64,000 nt of DNA, from NCBI GenBank assembly GCA_028707125.1, contig JAQTUX010000001.1, positions 725,764 to 789,763 of the forward strand, in the 5' to 3' direction. The notes below the pieces were generated by a model. It had not been told where the DNA came from. It saw nothing but the letters and a program-made list of their open reading frames with translations, and ran no database searches. Both the position numbers and the translations under genes were made by a program. Below, in pieces: positions 19,105-28,409 of this stretch; the stretch's first letter is position 1, and each line of letters begins with the position of its first letter. Source of the DNA: Candidatus Omnitrophota bacterium (lineage in GTDB: Bacteria; Omnitrophota; Gorgyraeia; Gygaellales; JAQTUX01).

Positions 19105-20962
19105 GTCTTTAAGCGGGGTTTTTATGCTTATGCCTGTCGGCTGCGCCATATTTACAGGCGCGCTGTTGGGCAGGCTGGGGTATTATCTTGACCGCCGCCA
19201 TAGAAACGCTGCCTATAAGAATTTACGCATTGCCTTTGCCTCTTCTAAGGAGCCGGCAGAACTGCAGAGAATACTTAAGGGCTGTTTTGTGAACATCTGC
19301 CTGAGTTTCGTTGAGATGCTGCGGCTGCCCAAGGTGGATAAGCGGTATTTAGAGAGATTTGTGACCATAGAAGGCAGAGAGTATTTTGAAGAATGTTTCA
19401 GGCAGGGGAGGGGCCTGATAATTTTGGCCTCTCATTTCGGCAACTGGGAGCTGGCAATGTCCATGTGTTCGGCGTTTGGTTATCCTTTCAGCGTTATCGT
19501 ACAGGAGCAGAGAAAGAGCGGCCTGTTGAATGAGCTGCTTAACGATTATAGAAAGTCAAAGGGATATAAATTGATACCCGTGGATAAGAGCGCCAGAGAG
19601 GCAATGGCCGATCTAAAGGCGGGCAGGGTGCTGGGGATCGTGGCTGACCATGGAGGCGGCAGGGAGGGCAGCATGATAGAGTTTTTTTCACGCCCGGCAT
19701 CTACGCCTCAGGGCGCGGTAAAGTTAGCGCAACGGCTTAATGTTCCCATCATTATGGTTCATGTCATACGCCGGAAAGGCGCCTACCATAAAGTTGTTCT
19801 TTCTCCTCCTTTACGTCTGGCAACGGATGTGGATGAAAATCTGAGGATGATAAATAGATATATTGAGTCCTATGTGGGGAGTTTTCCGAATGAATACCTC
19901 TGGTTTTATAAGCGCTGGAAGTATTCTACGAAGCGGGACGCGCTTATTTTAAGCGATGGAAAACAAGGCCATCTGAATCAGTCAGAAGCGGTGCTGAAGG
20001 CCGCGGGAATGGGGAAGCGGCAGGTAGTCGGTAAGATCGCGAAGGTAGAATACAAGAACTTATTTATGAAATTTTTATTTTACTTTCTTGTGTTTTTATC
20101 GGGATTCGGCCGTATCTGCCGCGTTTTTATATTGAAGTCCTGCCTTAAAAAAGAATGTTACAAAGAATTGATCCATTATTACGCGGATATGGTTGTATCC
20201 TGCGGCTCATCGCTCGCGGGGGTTAACTTGCTTATCTCAAAGGAAAATGGCGCAAAGTCAGTCGCGGTTATGCGGCCGGGCGTATTCAGCCCCAGGAGGT
20301 TTGATCTGGTCATAGCGCCTAAGCATGACAGGCTCAGCGGGAAGCTTAAAAATATCGTAGTTACGGAAGGCGCGTTAAATACGATTGATGATTCCACAAT
20401 TCAGGAGGCAGGAAGGGCATTGATTAATAACGCCGGTTTGAATATTCAGCCGGACAGGAAATATTTAGGCATTCTTTTGGGCGGCGACGCAAAGGATTAT
20501 GGGTTGAATATAGAGGCGGCGCGCGATATCTTTAAGGCGCTAAAGTCGTTTTGCGAGAAGAATGGATGGGAGGCCCTTCTGACTACCTCGCGCAGGACAT
20601 CAAAGGATATTGAGAACCTTGTAAAGGATGAATTCGCGGCGTATCCGCGCTGCCGGCTTTTGATCATTGCTAATGAGAAGAACATTGAAGGGGCTGTGCC
20701 GGGCATCCTTGCCTTGAGCAGCGCGGTGATAGTATCGCCTGAAAGTATTTCAATGATCTCCGAGGCCGCCTCAAGCGGAAAGCCCGTATTTGTCTTTGAC
20801 GCGGAGAGAATAAGAGACAAGCGGCACAGGCGTTTTCTGGATAATCTCAAGGCAGGCGGGTATATCTCTGACTTCAATGTCGCCAATATCACAGAGCATA
20901 GCCCTAAGGTCTTGCGGGATTTGGAGCGTGTCCGAGGAAAGATTGTTGATTTGTTAGTATAG
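19064..20962 (+). CDS. Fusion of a lipid A biosynthesis lauroyl/myristoyl acyltransferase (LpxL/HtrB family, N-terminal ~295 aa) with a C-terminal ELM1/DUF1022-like domain
   Basis: The N-terminal half carries the LpxL-type HFGNWE and ...EYLWFYKRWK motifs. The C-terminal half carries LSDGKQGHLNQSEAV and FDLVIAPKHDRL, which recall the 'mitochondrial fission ELM1' family. One continuous 632-aa ORF. Confidence 0.7.
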   Translation: MNLSGDYFLYILLKSLSGVFMLMPVGCAIFTGALLGRLGYYLDRRHRNAAYKNLRIAFASSKEPAELQRILKGCFVNICLSFVEMLRLPKVDKRYLERFVTIEGREYFEECFRQGRGLIILASHFGNWELAMSMCSAFGYPFSVIVQEQRKSGLLNELLNDYRKSKGYKLIPVDKSAREAMADLKAGRVLGIVADHGGGREGSMIEFFSRPASTPQGAVKLAQRLNVPIIMVHVIRRKGAYHKVVLSPPLRLATDVDENLRMINRYIESYVGSFPNEYLWFYKRWKYSTKRDALILSDGKQGHLNQSEAVLKAAGMGKRQVVGKIAKVEYKNLFMKFLFYFLVFLSGFGRICRVFILKSCLKKECYKELIHYYADMVVSCGSSLAGVNLLISKENGAKSVAVMRPGVFSPRRFDLVIAPKHDRLSGKLKNIVVTEGALNTIDDSTIQEAGRALINNAGLNIQPDRKYLGILLGGDAKDYGLNIEAARDIFKALKSFCEKNGWEALLTTSRRTSKDIENLVKDEFAAYPRCRLLIIANEKNIEGAVPGILALSSAVIVSPESISMISEAASSGKPVFVFDAERIRDKRHRRFLDNLKAGGYISDFNVANITEHSPKVLRDLERVRGKIVDLLV

Positions 20963-20968
20963 TCAGAT

Positions 20969-21048
20969 TCTACACACGTAAGTGTGTAGAGCCGTGGACC
21001 CCACACTTACGTGTGGGGAATTAGGATACTACAGGCGTAAGCCTGTAG
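20969..21048. repeat. Triple-hairpin intergenic repeat: TCTACACAC-GTAA-GTGTGTAGA, CCCCACAC-TTAC-GTGTGGGG (copy b), CTACAGGC-GTAA-GCCTGTAG
   Basis: Three perfect 8-9-bp palindromes with GTAA/TTAC loops in 80 nt, directly upstream of the ATG at 21056. Confidence 0.8.
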
Positions 21049-21055
21049 AGGACAT

Positions 21056-23170
21056 ATGAATATCTTACAGATAGTTCCGGAACTGAATGTGGGCGGGGTA
21101 GAGACAGGGACGATAGACCTTGCCAAATACCTTGTAAGGCAGGGCCATAAGGTAGTTGTGATCTCTGCCGGCGGAGAGCTTGTGGCGGGCCTTGAGGCAT
21201 CCGGCGCGAAACACTATTCGTTGCCCGTTCACAGGAAGTCACTGATAAGCATCTTAAAGACAATAGGGAAGGTTGCCAGGGTGATCAGGGACGAAAATAT
21301 CCGTATAGTGCATTGCCGTTCGCGCGTGCCTGCCTGGATAGGTTATTTCGCGGCGCGGATAACGGATACGATATTTATAACTACCTGCCACGGGTTCTAC
21401 AGCACGCATTTCTTCAGTTCCGTGATGGGATGGGGTAAACTCATCATTGCCCCCAGCCAGGCCATAGCCCGCCATATGATCGAGGACTTCGGGGTCCTGC
21501 GGCAGCGCGTTCGTATAGTGCCGAGGAGCGTGGACCTTGAGAGGTTCAGGTTTATCCCGCCCAGGGACAGGGACTGGTCGTGCTTCAATATAGGTATCAT
21601 AGGGCGGCTGAGCCCTATCAAGGGGCACATTGATTTCCTGAAGGCCGTTTCAAAGGTTTTACGCCAGCATCCGGCAATAAAGGTTTGGGTCGTCGGAGAC
21701 GCCGCGCCGGGAAAGCAGCCGTATAAGGAGGAGATAGGCGTTATGGTGCGCCGGCTGGGGCTTTCTCACTGTACCGAATTCCTGGGTAACCAGAAGGACA
21801 TCCCTGGCGTTCTCTCTCAGCTCAATATGCTTGTAATGGCTACGACTACACAGGAGGCATTCGGCAGGGTGATAATCGAGGCGCATGCTTCGGGCGTGCC
21901 GGTAGTGGCAACAAGGGTGGGAGGGGTGGTGGATATCGTAGATGACGGAAAGACCGGATTATTGGTCTCTCCCAATGACCCGGAAGACATGCACAGGGCA
22001 ATGATGAAGATCATAAAGGATGAGAAGCTCAGGAGCAGCTTGGTATATTCCGCTTACGAGAAGGTCAAAAGGGACTTTAACGTTGAGCTTATGGTCTCAA
22101 ATACGCTTAAGGTTTATGAAGAGGCGGGCAGCAAATTCAACGTTCTGATCATAAAGCTCGGGGCAGTGGGCGATATAATACTGTCTGTGCCGGCACTCAG
22201 GGCGGTCAGGAAGAATTTCAAAAAGGATAATTACAAGATCGCCTGTGTTGTGGGAAAAGAGGCGAGGGAGCTTCTGGACAGATGCCCCTATATAGATGAG
22301 TTGATCCTTTACGATTATAAGGGTAAAGACAAGGGAGTCAGGGGCCTCCTGAAGACGGGTAAACTCCTGCGTAAAAAGTATACTGATTTCGTTATAGACC
22401 TGCAGAATAACCGCACCAGCCATATTTTAAGCCGGCTTTCCATGTCTTTAAAAAGATACGGGTACGATAACGGGAAGTTCAGTTTTCTTCTTAACAGGAA
22501 GGTGAGGTGGCCGGAGAAAAGATTGTCTCCTGTTGAGCACCAGTTCAGGATACTGCGTATGCTGGGCATAGAGCTCGAGGATGACCGGCTGGAGCTTTGG
22601 CCTAAAGACGAAGACAGGCGGCGCGTGGAGGACTTTCTCGGTTCGCAATTTTTAGCCCGGCCCAAATATCTGGCAGGCATGAATATAGGCGCTTCCGGCA
22701 GATGGCAGTCAAAACAATGGCCGAAGGAATACGTGGTTAAGTTGATCGACGGCCTCTCCAACATCGGCGTGCGTTGCATACTTACCGGCCAGGAACGCCA
22801 TTTGCCTGAGGCAAAGGAGCTTTACGCGATGGCCAGGGCGCAGAGCAAGCCCATAATCGCCTGCGGTAAGACCAACCTTAACGAACTGGCCTGCCTCATA
22901 GAGAAATGCGACGTGTTTATAACTCAGGATTCGGCCCCCATGCATATGGCGGCGGCGCTGGGGGTCCCTTTTGTGGCAATGTTCGGGCCAACCGATCCGG
23001 TGAAACACCTGCCTCCGGCAGAAAAATGCGTCCTGCTCAAGAAAGACCTGGCTTGTTCGCCTTGCTACAAGCCGAAATGCAAAGACGCTCTGTGCATGTC
23101 CGGCATAACCGTCAATGAGGCGCTTGAGGCGGTGGAGAAATTATTGAGAATAGAAAGCAGTCATGATTAG
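21056..23170 (+). CDS. Bifunctional glycosyltransferase: N-terminal GT4 (group 1) domain fused to C-terminal GT9 ADP-heptose:LPS heptosyltransferase domain
   Basis: The N-terminal MNILQIVPELNVGGVETGTIDLAKYL and the EX7E-like region are GT4. The C-terminal VLIIKLGAVGDIILSVPALRAVRKNF and ...ITQDSAPMHMAAALG are GT9; 704 aa. Confidence 0.75.
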   Translation: MNILQIVPELNVGGVETGTIDLAKYLVRQGHKVVVISAGGELVAGLEASGAKHYSLPVHRKSLISILKTIGKVARVIRDENIRIVHCRSRVPAWIGYFAARITDTIFITTCHGFYSTHFFSSVMGWGKLIIAPSQAIARHMIEDFGVLRQRVRIVPRSVDLERFRFIPPRDRDWSCFNIGIIGRLSPIKGHIDFLKAVSKVLRQHPAIKVWVVGDAAPGKQPYKEEIGVMVRRLGLSHCTEFLGNQKDIPGVLSQLNMLVMATTTQEAFGRVIIEAHASGVPVVATRVGGVVDIVDDGKTGLLVSPNDPEDMHRAMMKIIKDEKLRSSLVYSAYEKVKRDFNVELMVSNTLKVYEEAGSKFNVLIIKLGAVGDIILSVPALRAVRKNFKKDNYKIACVVGKEARELLDRCPYIDELILYDYKGKDKGVRGLLKTGKLLRKKYTDFVIDLQNNRTSHILSRLSMSLKRYGYDNGKFSFLLNRKVRWPEKRLSPVEHQFRILRMLGIELEDDRLELWPKDEDRRRVEDFLGSQFLARPKYLAGMNIGASGRWQSKQWPKEYVVKLIDGLSNIGVRCILTGQERHLPEAKELYAMARAQSKPIIACGKTNLNELACLIEKCDVFITQDSAPMHMAAALGVPFVAMFGPTDPVKHLPPAEKCVLLKKDLACSPCYKPKCKDALCMSGITVNEALEAVEKLLRIESSHD

Positions 23171-24185
23171 GAAGGCATTATTAATATTGTCGGCGGTATT
23201 AATTGGCATAGTTTGCGGACTGTTGGCATCAGAGTTACTTCTGCGTATAAATCCGGTACTCGGTTATTCTTGTGATTCATTTAAGTCAAGGGTCAATCCT
23301 TCTCCTTTTGCTAGCGGATCAGTGGCCAGATATCGCCCTTCGGACCTGCTGGGTTATGAATTGATACCAAATTCTCATCCCGATATAAACTCTTATGGGT
23401 TGATAGGCAGGGAGTATAAATTAGCCAAGGATAAAGGGGTATACCGTATACTTGTTATCGGCGATTCTATTGCTGAGCAGGGTTATGGGAGCGTGTTCTT
23501 AGAGGCCCGCTTGAATACAGACCCTCTGCTTAGCAAGAGGTACGTATTTCAGGTTTGGACGCTCGGCACTGGCAGTTACGACGTACGACGCTACGCCAGG
23601 TTCTTAGAACATAGAGGATTGGATTATAATCCCGACATGGTTATTACTTTCCTTTTTATGAATGATTTTGAACTAAATATGAATATTTATTATAAGGCCA
23701 AAAATGACGTCATTGAATATTGTTTCCCGATATCCGAGGTATCAAGGACCTATAATGTCAACCCTTTTCTTATGAAGCATTCGCATCTTTATCGGTTTAT
23801 AACCCTGGGGCTTAACAAACTCTTCTTATTAAATGAAAGAAAAGCAGGCGATATGCTTATGAAGCAGGAGTCCGGGGCAGATTATTTACAGAAGATAAAG
23901 GAAATATGCTCTCAAAACCAAATTACCTTGTTGCTGACAATATTTCCTTATCTTAAGCCGCTTAGTGAGTACGATGAGTATCGCAGGGGCAATTATAGAT
24001 GCCTTAACACAGCCGCAGGCGAATTAGGGTTGGATTATATAAACTTATATGACGGTTTATCGGCATATGATCTTTACAGTTTAAGGGAGGATATTAATGA
24101 TGATATGCATCCTAACCTGAAAGGGCATCGGATAATTTCAGGGATTATTCATGATTATATATTGAAGAAAGGATTGATTAAATAA
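23163..24185 (+). CDS. Membrane-anchored SGNH/GDSL-like hydrolase family protein
   Basis: An N-terminal TM helix is followed by YRILVIGDSIAEQG (a GDS(x) block). The gene is conspicuously AT-rich compared with its neighbours. Confidence 0.5.
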   Translation: MIRKALLILSAVLIGIVCGLLASELLLRINPVLGYSCDSFKSRVNPSPFASGSVARYRPSDLLGYELIPNSHPDINSYGLIGREYKLAKDKGVYRILVIGDSIAEQGYGSVFLEARLNTDPLLSKRYVFQVWTLGTGSYDVRRYARFLEHRGLDYNPDMVITFLFMNDFELNMNIYYKAKNDVIEYCFPISEVSRTYNVNPFLMKHSHLYRFITLGLNKLFLLNERKAGDMLMKQESGADYLQKIKEICSQNQITLLLTIFPYLKPLSEYDEYRRGNYRCLNTAAGELGLDYINLYDGLSAYDLYSLREDINDDMHPNLKGHRIISGIIHDYILKKGLIK

Positions 24186-24195
24186 GCGGTCGGAA

Positions 24196-25302
24196 ATGAA
24201 GATTCTAATACTGACAAATCATTTTAACTGCGGCGGGATCACCAGTTATATCCTTAATCTTTCAAGGGGCCTGGCTGGGCGCGGTAATAATATTTATGTC
24301 GCTTCCAGCGGAGGAGATTCTGCGGGCAGGCTGGAGGATCTGCGTATACCGCACTTTACTATTCCCATACGCACAAAATGTGAGGTGAGCCCCAGGGTAT
24401 TGGCCGCGGCGCTGAAACTGGCGGGATATGCCAGGGATAACGGTATAGATATTATTCATTCCCATACGAGAGTAACGCAGGTTTTAGGGTGCCTGCTAAG
24501 CAGGCTTTCCGGGTTGCCGCATTTGTCTACCTGTCATGGCTTCTTCAGGAGGCGCCTGTCCAGAATGGTTTTTCCATGTTGGGGGATGCGGGTCATAGCC
24601 ATAAGCGAAGCGGTGAAAGAGCATTTGACCGGCGATCTCGGCGTTACCCCGCAAAAGGTAAGGGTGGTATATAACGGCGTGGACGTAAAGGCGTTTAGTG
24701 ATGTCAATAATACGCAGACGGCGGGAATAAAGGGCAGGTTTGGCCTGAAAGACGGCCCTGTGATCGGGATCATTGCCCGGCTTTCAGATGTTAAAGGCCA
24801 CATGTATCTTATTGAAGCGATGCCGCAGGTCCTTTCGGAGTTACCCGAGGCGCAATTATTTATTGTGGGCGAAGGAAGGGAGCGGGGCAGATTGGATAAG
24901 ATCATCAGTAAGTTAGGGCTGAAAGAAAAAACCGTTATCATGCCGTCGGTTGCCAATACATCTGAGGTGTTGGCCGCGATGGATGTGTTCGTGATGCCTT
25001 CTTTGCAGGAGGGTTTAGGTCTCGCGCTTATGGAGGCAATGGCAGCAGGGCTTCCCATCGCTGCTTCTAACATCGGAGGCATACCCGCTTTGATAAAAAA
25101 CGCTGAAACAGGCCTGCTTGTTGAGCCAAAGGATACGGCAGGGCTGGCGCGGGCAATCACATTTTTACTTAAAAACAGAGATGAGGCGTATCTTATGGCG
25201 CATAAGGCCAGAGATTTTGTAAGGGAGAATTTTTCTCTGGAAAAGATGGCGCGGGAGACAGAGAATGTCTATAAGGAGTGCGTATCATATGCAAAACCCT
25301 AA
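24196..25302 (+). CDS. Glycosyltransferase family 4 (group 1)
   Basis: MKILILTNHFNCGGITSYILNL... plus the C-terminal PSLQEGLGLALMEAMAAGLPIAAS (E-x7-E) are present. Confidence 0.8.
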   Translation: MKILILTNHFNCGGITSYILNLSRGLAGRGNNIYVASSGGDSAGRLEDLRIPHFTIPIRTKCEVSPRVLAAALKLAGYARDNGIDIIHSHTRVTQVLGCLLSRLSGLPHLSTCHGFFRRRLSRMVFPCWGMRVIAISEAVKEHLTGDLGVTPQKVRVVYNGVDVKAFSDVNNTQTAGIKGRFGLKDGPVIGIIARLSDVKGHMYLIEAMPQVLSELPEAQLFIVGEGRERGRLDKIISKLGLKEKTVIMPSVANTSEVLAAMDVFVMPSLQEGLGLALMEAMAAGLPIAASNIGGIPALIKNAETGLLVEPKDTAGLARAITFLLKNRDEAYLMAHKARDFVRENFSLEKMARETENVYKECVSYAKP

Positions 25303-26314
25303 GCGCATTTTGATCTATAACGTCAACTGGTTAGGCGATGTTTTGTTCTCTACGGCGGCGATCAGGGCGCTGCGCAGGAGCTTCCCCGACGCCTTCATCG
25401 CCAGCGTTATCCCGCCCCGCTGCAGGGAGATGCTGGAAGACAATCCGCACATAAACGAGATACTGACATTTGACGAGAAGTCGCCGCCCGCGGGTTTGTT
25501 CGGTTTGATCAAATTCATATTTTTACTGCGCGGCAGGCGGTTTGATACCTGTATTATGCTGCACCGTTCGCTGACACGCTGCCTGCTTGTGTTTCTCGCG
25601 GGCATCCCCCGAAGGGTCGGCTACAATTATAAGAAACGGAATTTTCTCCTGACCGATGTCGTAGCATTGCCCGATATGAATAATACGCACAGGGTTGACT
25701 TCTATTTGAATCTGGCAAAGGTGATCGGCGCCCGGCCGGAAAATAAGAAATTGGATTTCTATTTCAAAGAGGCGGACCGGGTTTTTGCGCGCGGGTTGCT
25801 GCGGGAGGCAGGGGTAAAAGAGGGTGATTTCTGCGTCGCGGTTAATCCCGGAGGTAACTGGGAGCCCAAAAGGTGGCCTAAAGATAATTTTTCTTCGCTT
25901 TGCGATAGATTGGTCTCTGATTTTGCCGCCAGGGTTATTGTCGTAGGCGCGGGCAAGGACAGTGGTTTAGTTAAAGAGATCACCGCTTCCATGAAGAATA
26001 AACCGCTGGATCTCGCGGGAAAACTCACGCTTAAACAATTAGGCGCTTTATTCACGTTGATGGACATCGTGGTTTCAGCTGACAGCGCGCCGCTGCATAT
26101 AGCCAACGCCGTGGACGCGAGGGCGATCTGCCTTTTTGGGCCGACTTCTCCCGAGGTGACCGGGCCGTACCTGAAAGGCGATAATATCATTGTGCAGAAG
26201 GATGTTGGCTGCAAGATACCCTGCTATAATCTTAAATGTCAGGAGAACCGTTGTATGCAGGCGATCAGGGTGGATGATGTCCTGGCGGCGGTGAGGGAGA
26301 TGCGGACGAAATGA
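25289..26314 (+). CDS. ADP-heptose:LPS heptosyltransferase (GT9)
   Basis: ILIYNVNWLGDVLFSTAAIRALRRSFP and ...VSADSAPLHIANAV are present. The ATG at 25289 with AAGGAG upstream is preferred over 25265. Confidence 0.8.
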   Translation: MQNPKRILIYNVNWLGDVLFSTAAIRALRRSFPDAFIASVIPPRCREMLEDNPHINEILTFDEKSPPAGLFGLIKFIFLLRGRRFDTCIMLHRSLTRCLLVFLAGIPRRVGYNYKKRNFLLTDVVALPDMNNTHRVDFYLNLAKVIGARPENKKLDFYFKEADRVFARGLLREAGVKEGDFCVAVNPGGNWEPKRWPKDNFSSLCDRLVSDFAARVIVVGAGKDSGLVKEITASMKNKPLDLAGKLTLKQLGALFTLMDIVVSADSAPLHIANAVDARAICLFGPTSPEVTGPYLKGDNIIVQKDVGCKIPCYNLKCQENRCMQAIRVDDVLAAVREMRTK

Positions 26315-26316
26315 GA

Positions 26317-26364
26317 CCCCACACTTACGTGTGGGGAATGGATACTACAGACGTAAGTCTGTAG
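26317..26364. repeat. Double-hairpin intergenic repeat: CCCCACAC-TTAC-GTGTGGGG (copy c) + AATGGATA + CTACAGAC-GTAA-GTCTGTAG
   Basis: Identical to copy b in the first hairpin. The second hairpin differs from copy b by a compensatory pair (GGC/GCC versus GAC/GTC). Confidence 0.8.
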
Positions 26365-26372
26365 TCGCAATT

Positions 26373-27344
26373 ATGTATAAAATACTCTTTGTTACCCTCA
26401 GCAACATCGGTGACACAATCCTGACGCTGCCGGCCCTGGATGCCTTGATCGGCCTATATCCTGAAGCAAAGATCACTGTTGTCTGCGGCCCAAGGCCAAA
26501 AGAGATATTTGAGAATAACCCCGGGATCGCGCGCCTTATTGTCTATGACAAGCATTCTTCCGTATGGGAGAAGATCCGTTTGTTCAGCGAACTGAACGCC
26601 CAGAAGTTTGATATGGTAATTGATCTAAGGAACACGATGTTCGGCATTTTGCTCAAGAGCAGCTTTCGCAGTAATCCCTTTAACAGGCCGCCTGAGGACC
26701 TGGCGCATGCCAAAGACAGGCACCTGTTCAAGATAAGGGGGTTGATTGACAGCCGGATCAGCGGGGCTAAAGAATTTGAGCGGGCGAGTTTCCATATCGG
26801 CGATAACGACAGGCGCTATATTGACGATGTCCTCGGCAGATCCGGCATCGGCTGCGCGGATAGATTTCTGGCCATCGCCCCCGGCGCGAGGAGCAGCACA
26901 AAACGCTGGGCAGCGGATAATTTCAAGAAAGTAATTGAGGCGGTAAGGCCCGGCATTCTCCCTAAGGCCGTACTTGTCGGGGATGAGGGCGATATGCCCA
27001 CATGCGGCTCTATATGCTCAGGGCTGAAGGACGTTGTTAACCTTTGCGGCAGGACATCTCTGCGCCAACTTGCCGCCTTGCTCAATAAAGCATCCTTGCT
27101 TCTTACCAATGATTCCGCGACAATGCATCTGGCAAGTTACTTAAACCGCCCCATAGCGGCGATATTCGGGCCTACAGACGAAAGAAGATACGGGCCATGG
27201 TCGGATAAATGCGTGGTCTTGCGCGCTTCTCTTGCCTGCGCGCCCTGCCGGGAGGCGCAATGCCGCTATGGGACATTGGAGTGCCTTAAGTCGGTAACTC
27301 CATTTGAGGTGATCGATGCGATCAGAAAGACCATTAGAATTTAA
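26373..27344 (+). CDS. ADP-heptose:LPS heptosyltransferase (GT9)
   Basis: MYKILFVTLSNIGDTILTLPALDAL... and LLTNDSATMHLASYL are present. The ATG at 26373 is preferred over the 26331 start, which lies inside the repeat. Confidence 0.8.
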   Translation: MYKILFVTLSNIGDTILTLPALDALIGLYPEAKITVVCGPRPKEIFENNPGIARLIVYDKHSSVWEKIRLFSELNAQKFDMVIDLRNTMFGILLKSSFRSNPFNRPPEDLAHAKDRHLFKIRGLIDSRISGAKEFERASFHIGDNDRRYIDDVLGRSGIGCADRFLAIAPGARSSTKRWAADNFKKVIEAVRPGILPKAVLVGDEGDMPTCGSICSGLKDVVNLCGRTSLRQLAALLNKASLLLTNDSATMHLASYLNRPIAAIFGPTDERRYGPWSDKCVVLRASLACAPCREAQCRYGTLECLKSVTPFEVIDAIRKTIRI

Positions 27345-28374
27345 ACGCATACTTATCTGCCGCACAGACAGGATGGGCGATGTAATATTATCTACGCCCG
27401 TAATCAAGGCGCTGCGGGACTGGTATCCGTCTTCTTACATAGCCGTAATGGCCGCGCCGGAGACTTCCGCGCTGCTCAAGGGTAATCCCTATCTGGATGA
27501 ATTGATCGTCCTGAATAAAAGGGGAGAGCATAAGGGCCTCAGGGGAATTTTAAGGTTGATCAGCCGGATAAAAAAGAGAAGATTTGACCTGGCCGTTATA
27601 TTGCATTCAACAAACAGGGTCAATTTTGCCGTTTATTTTGCCGGCATACCTGTCAGGATCGGTTATGCCAGAAGGGCGGGATTTCTTCTTACGCGTAAGC
27701 TGCCTTATATCAAGCCGCAAGGCCGGAAGCACGAACTGGAATACTGCCTTGATGTTTTGAAATTGATCGGGATCGATTCGCGGGAGAAAGAACTGTTCGT
27801 CCCCCTTGAGCAGGATGCCGAAGGCAGAATAAGAAGGCTGCTTAGAGAAAATAACGTATGCGAGAAAGATAAATTCGTGATAATCCATCCTTCCGCCAGC
27901 TGTATTTCCAGGATCTGGCCTGAAGAGCGCTTCGCGGAGTTAGCCAACCGTCTCATAGATGAGCTGGAAGTAAAAGTCGCAGTTATATCCAACAAGGGGG
28001 ATAAGCCGATAGTGGACGGTGTTGTCTCATTGATAAAACATCCTGTTTTAAATCTGGCCGGAGAATTATCGCTGGGTGAAATGGTCTCTTTATTAAGATG
28101 GGGGAGTTTATTCATCTCAAATGATTCTGGGCCGGCGCATATCGCCTCCGCGGTAGGCACCCCTGTGGTCTCCATTTTCGGCAGAAAGCAGCCGGGCTTA
28201 GGACCTTTGCGCTGGAGGCCTTTAGGCGAGAAGGTAAGGGTCCTGCAGAAAGATGTCGGCTGCATAGAATGCCTGGCGCACAACTGCGTCAAGCATTTTG
28301 CCTGTCTCAAGGCCATAACCGTGGATGACGTCTTCGCGGCGGCAAAGGAGCTGCTGAAATCTGATATACGTTGA
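27316..28374 (+). CDS. ADP-heptose:LPS heptosyltransferase (GT9)
   Basis: ILICRTDRMGDVILSTPVIKALRDWYP and ISNDSGPAHIASAVG are present. Confidence 0.8.
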   Translation: MRSERPLEFKRILICRTDRMGDVILSTPVIKALRDWYPSSYIAVMAAPETSALLKGNPYLDELIVLNKRGEHKGLRGILRLISRIKKRRFDLAVILHSTNRVNFAVYFAGIPVRIGYARRAGFLLTRKLPYIKPQGRKHELEYCLDVLKLIGIDSREKELFVPLEQDAEGRIRRLLRENNVCEKDKFVIIHPSASCISRIWPEERFAELANRLIDELEVKVAVISNKGDKPIVDGVVSLIKHPVLNLAGELSLGEMVSLLRWGSLFISNDSGPAHIASAVGTPVVSIFGRKQPGLGPLRWRPLGEKVRVLQKDVGCIECLAHNCVKHFACLKAITVDDVFAAAKELLKSDIR

Positions 28375-28399
28375 CGAAAGCGGCAAAATATGCTATTAT
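28371..28399 (+). promoter_or_regulatory. Sigma70-like promoter TTGACG-17 nt-TATTAT immediately upstream of the DHS-like gene
   Basis: -35 TTGACG (28371-28376), a 17-nt spacer and -10 TATTAT (28394-28399). The -35 overlaps the stop codon of the preceding GT9 gene. Confidence 0.45.
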
Positions 28400-28409
28400 T
28401 TAAACTCCT

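Noticed and set aside
27688-27699. 12-nt perfect palindrome CTTACGCGTAAG inside the GT9 coding sequence
   Set aside because: About 15 perfect 12-mers of this kind are expected by chance in 64 kb. It has no flanking similarity to the intergenic hairpin family.
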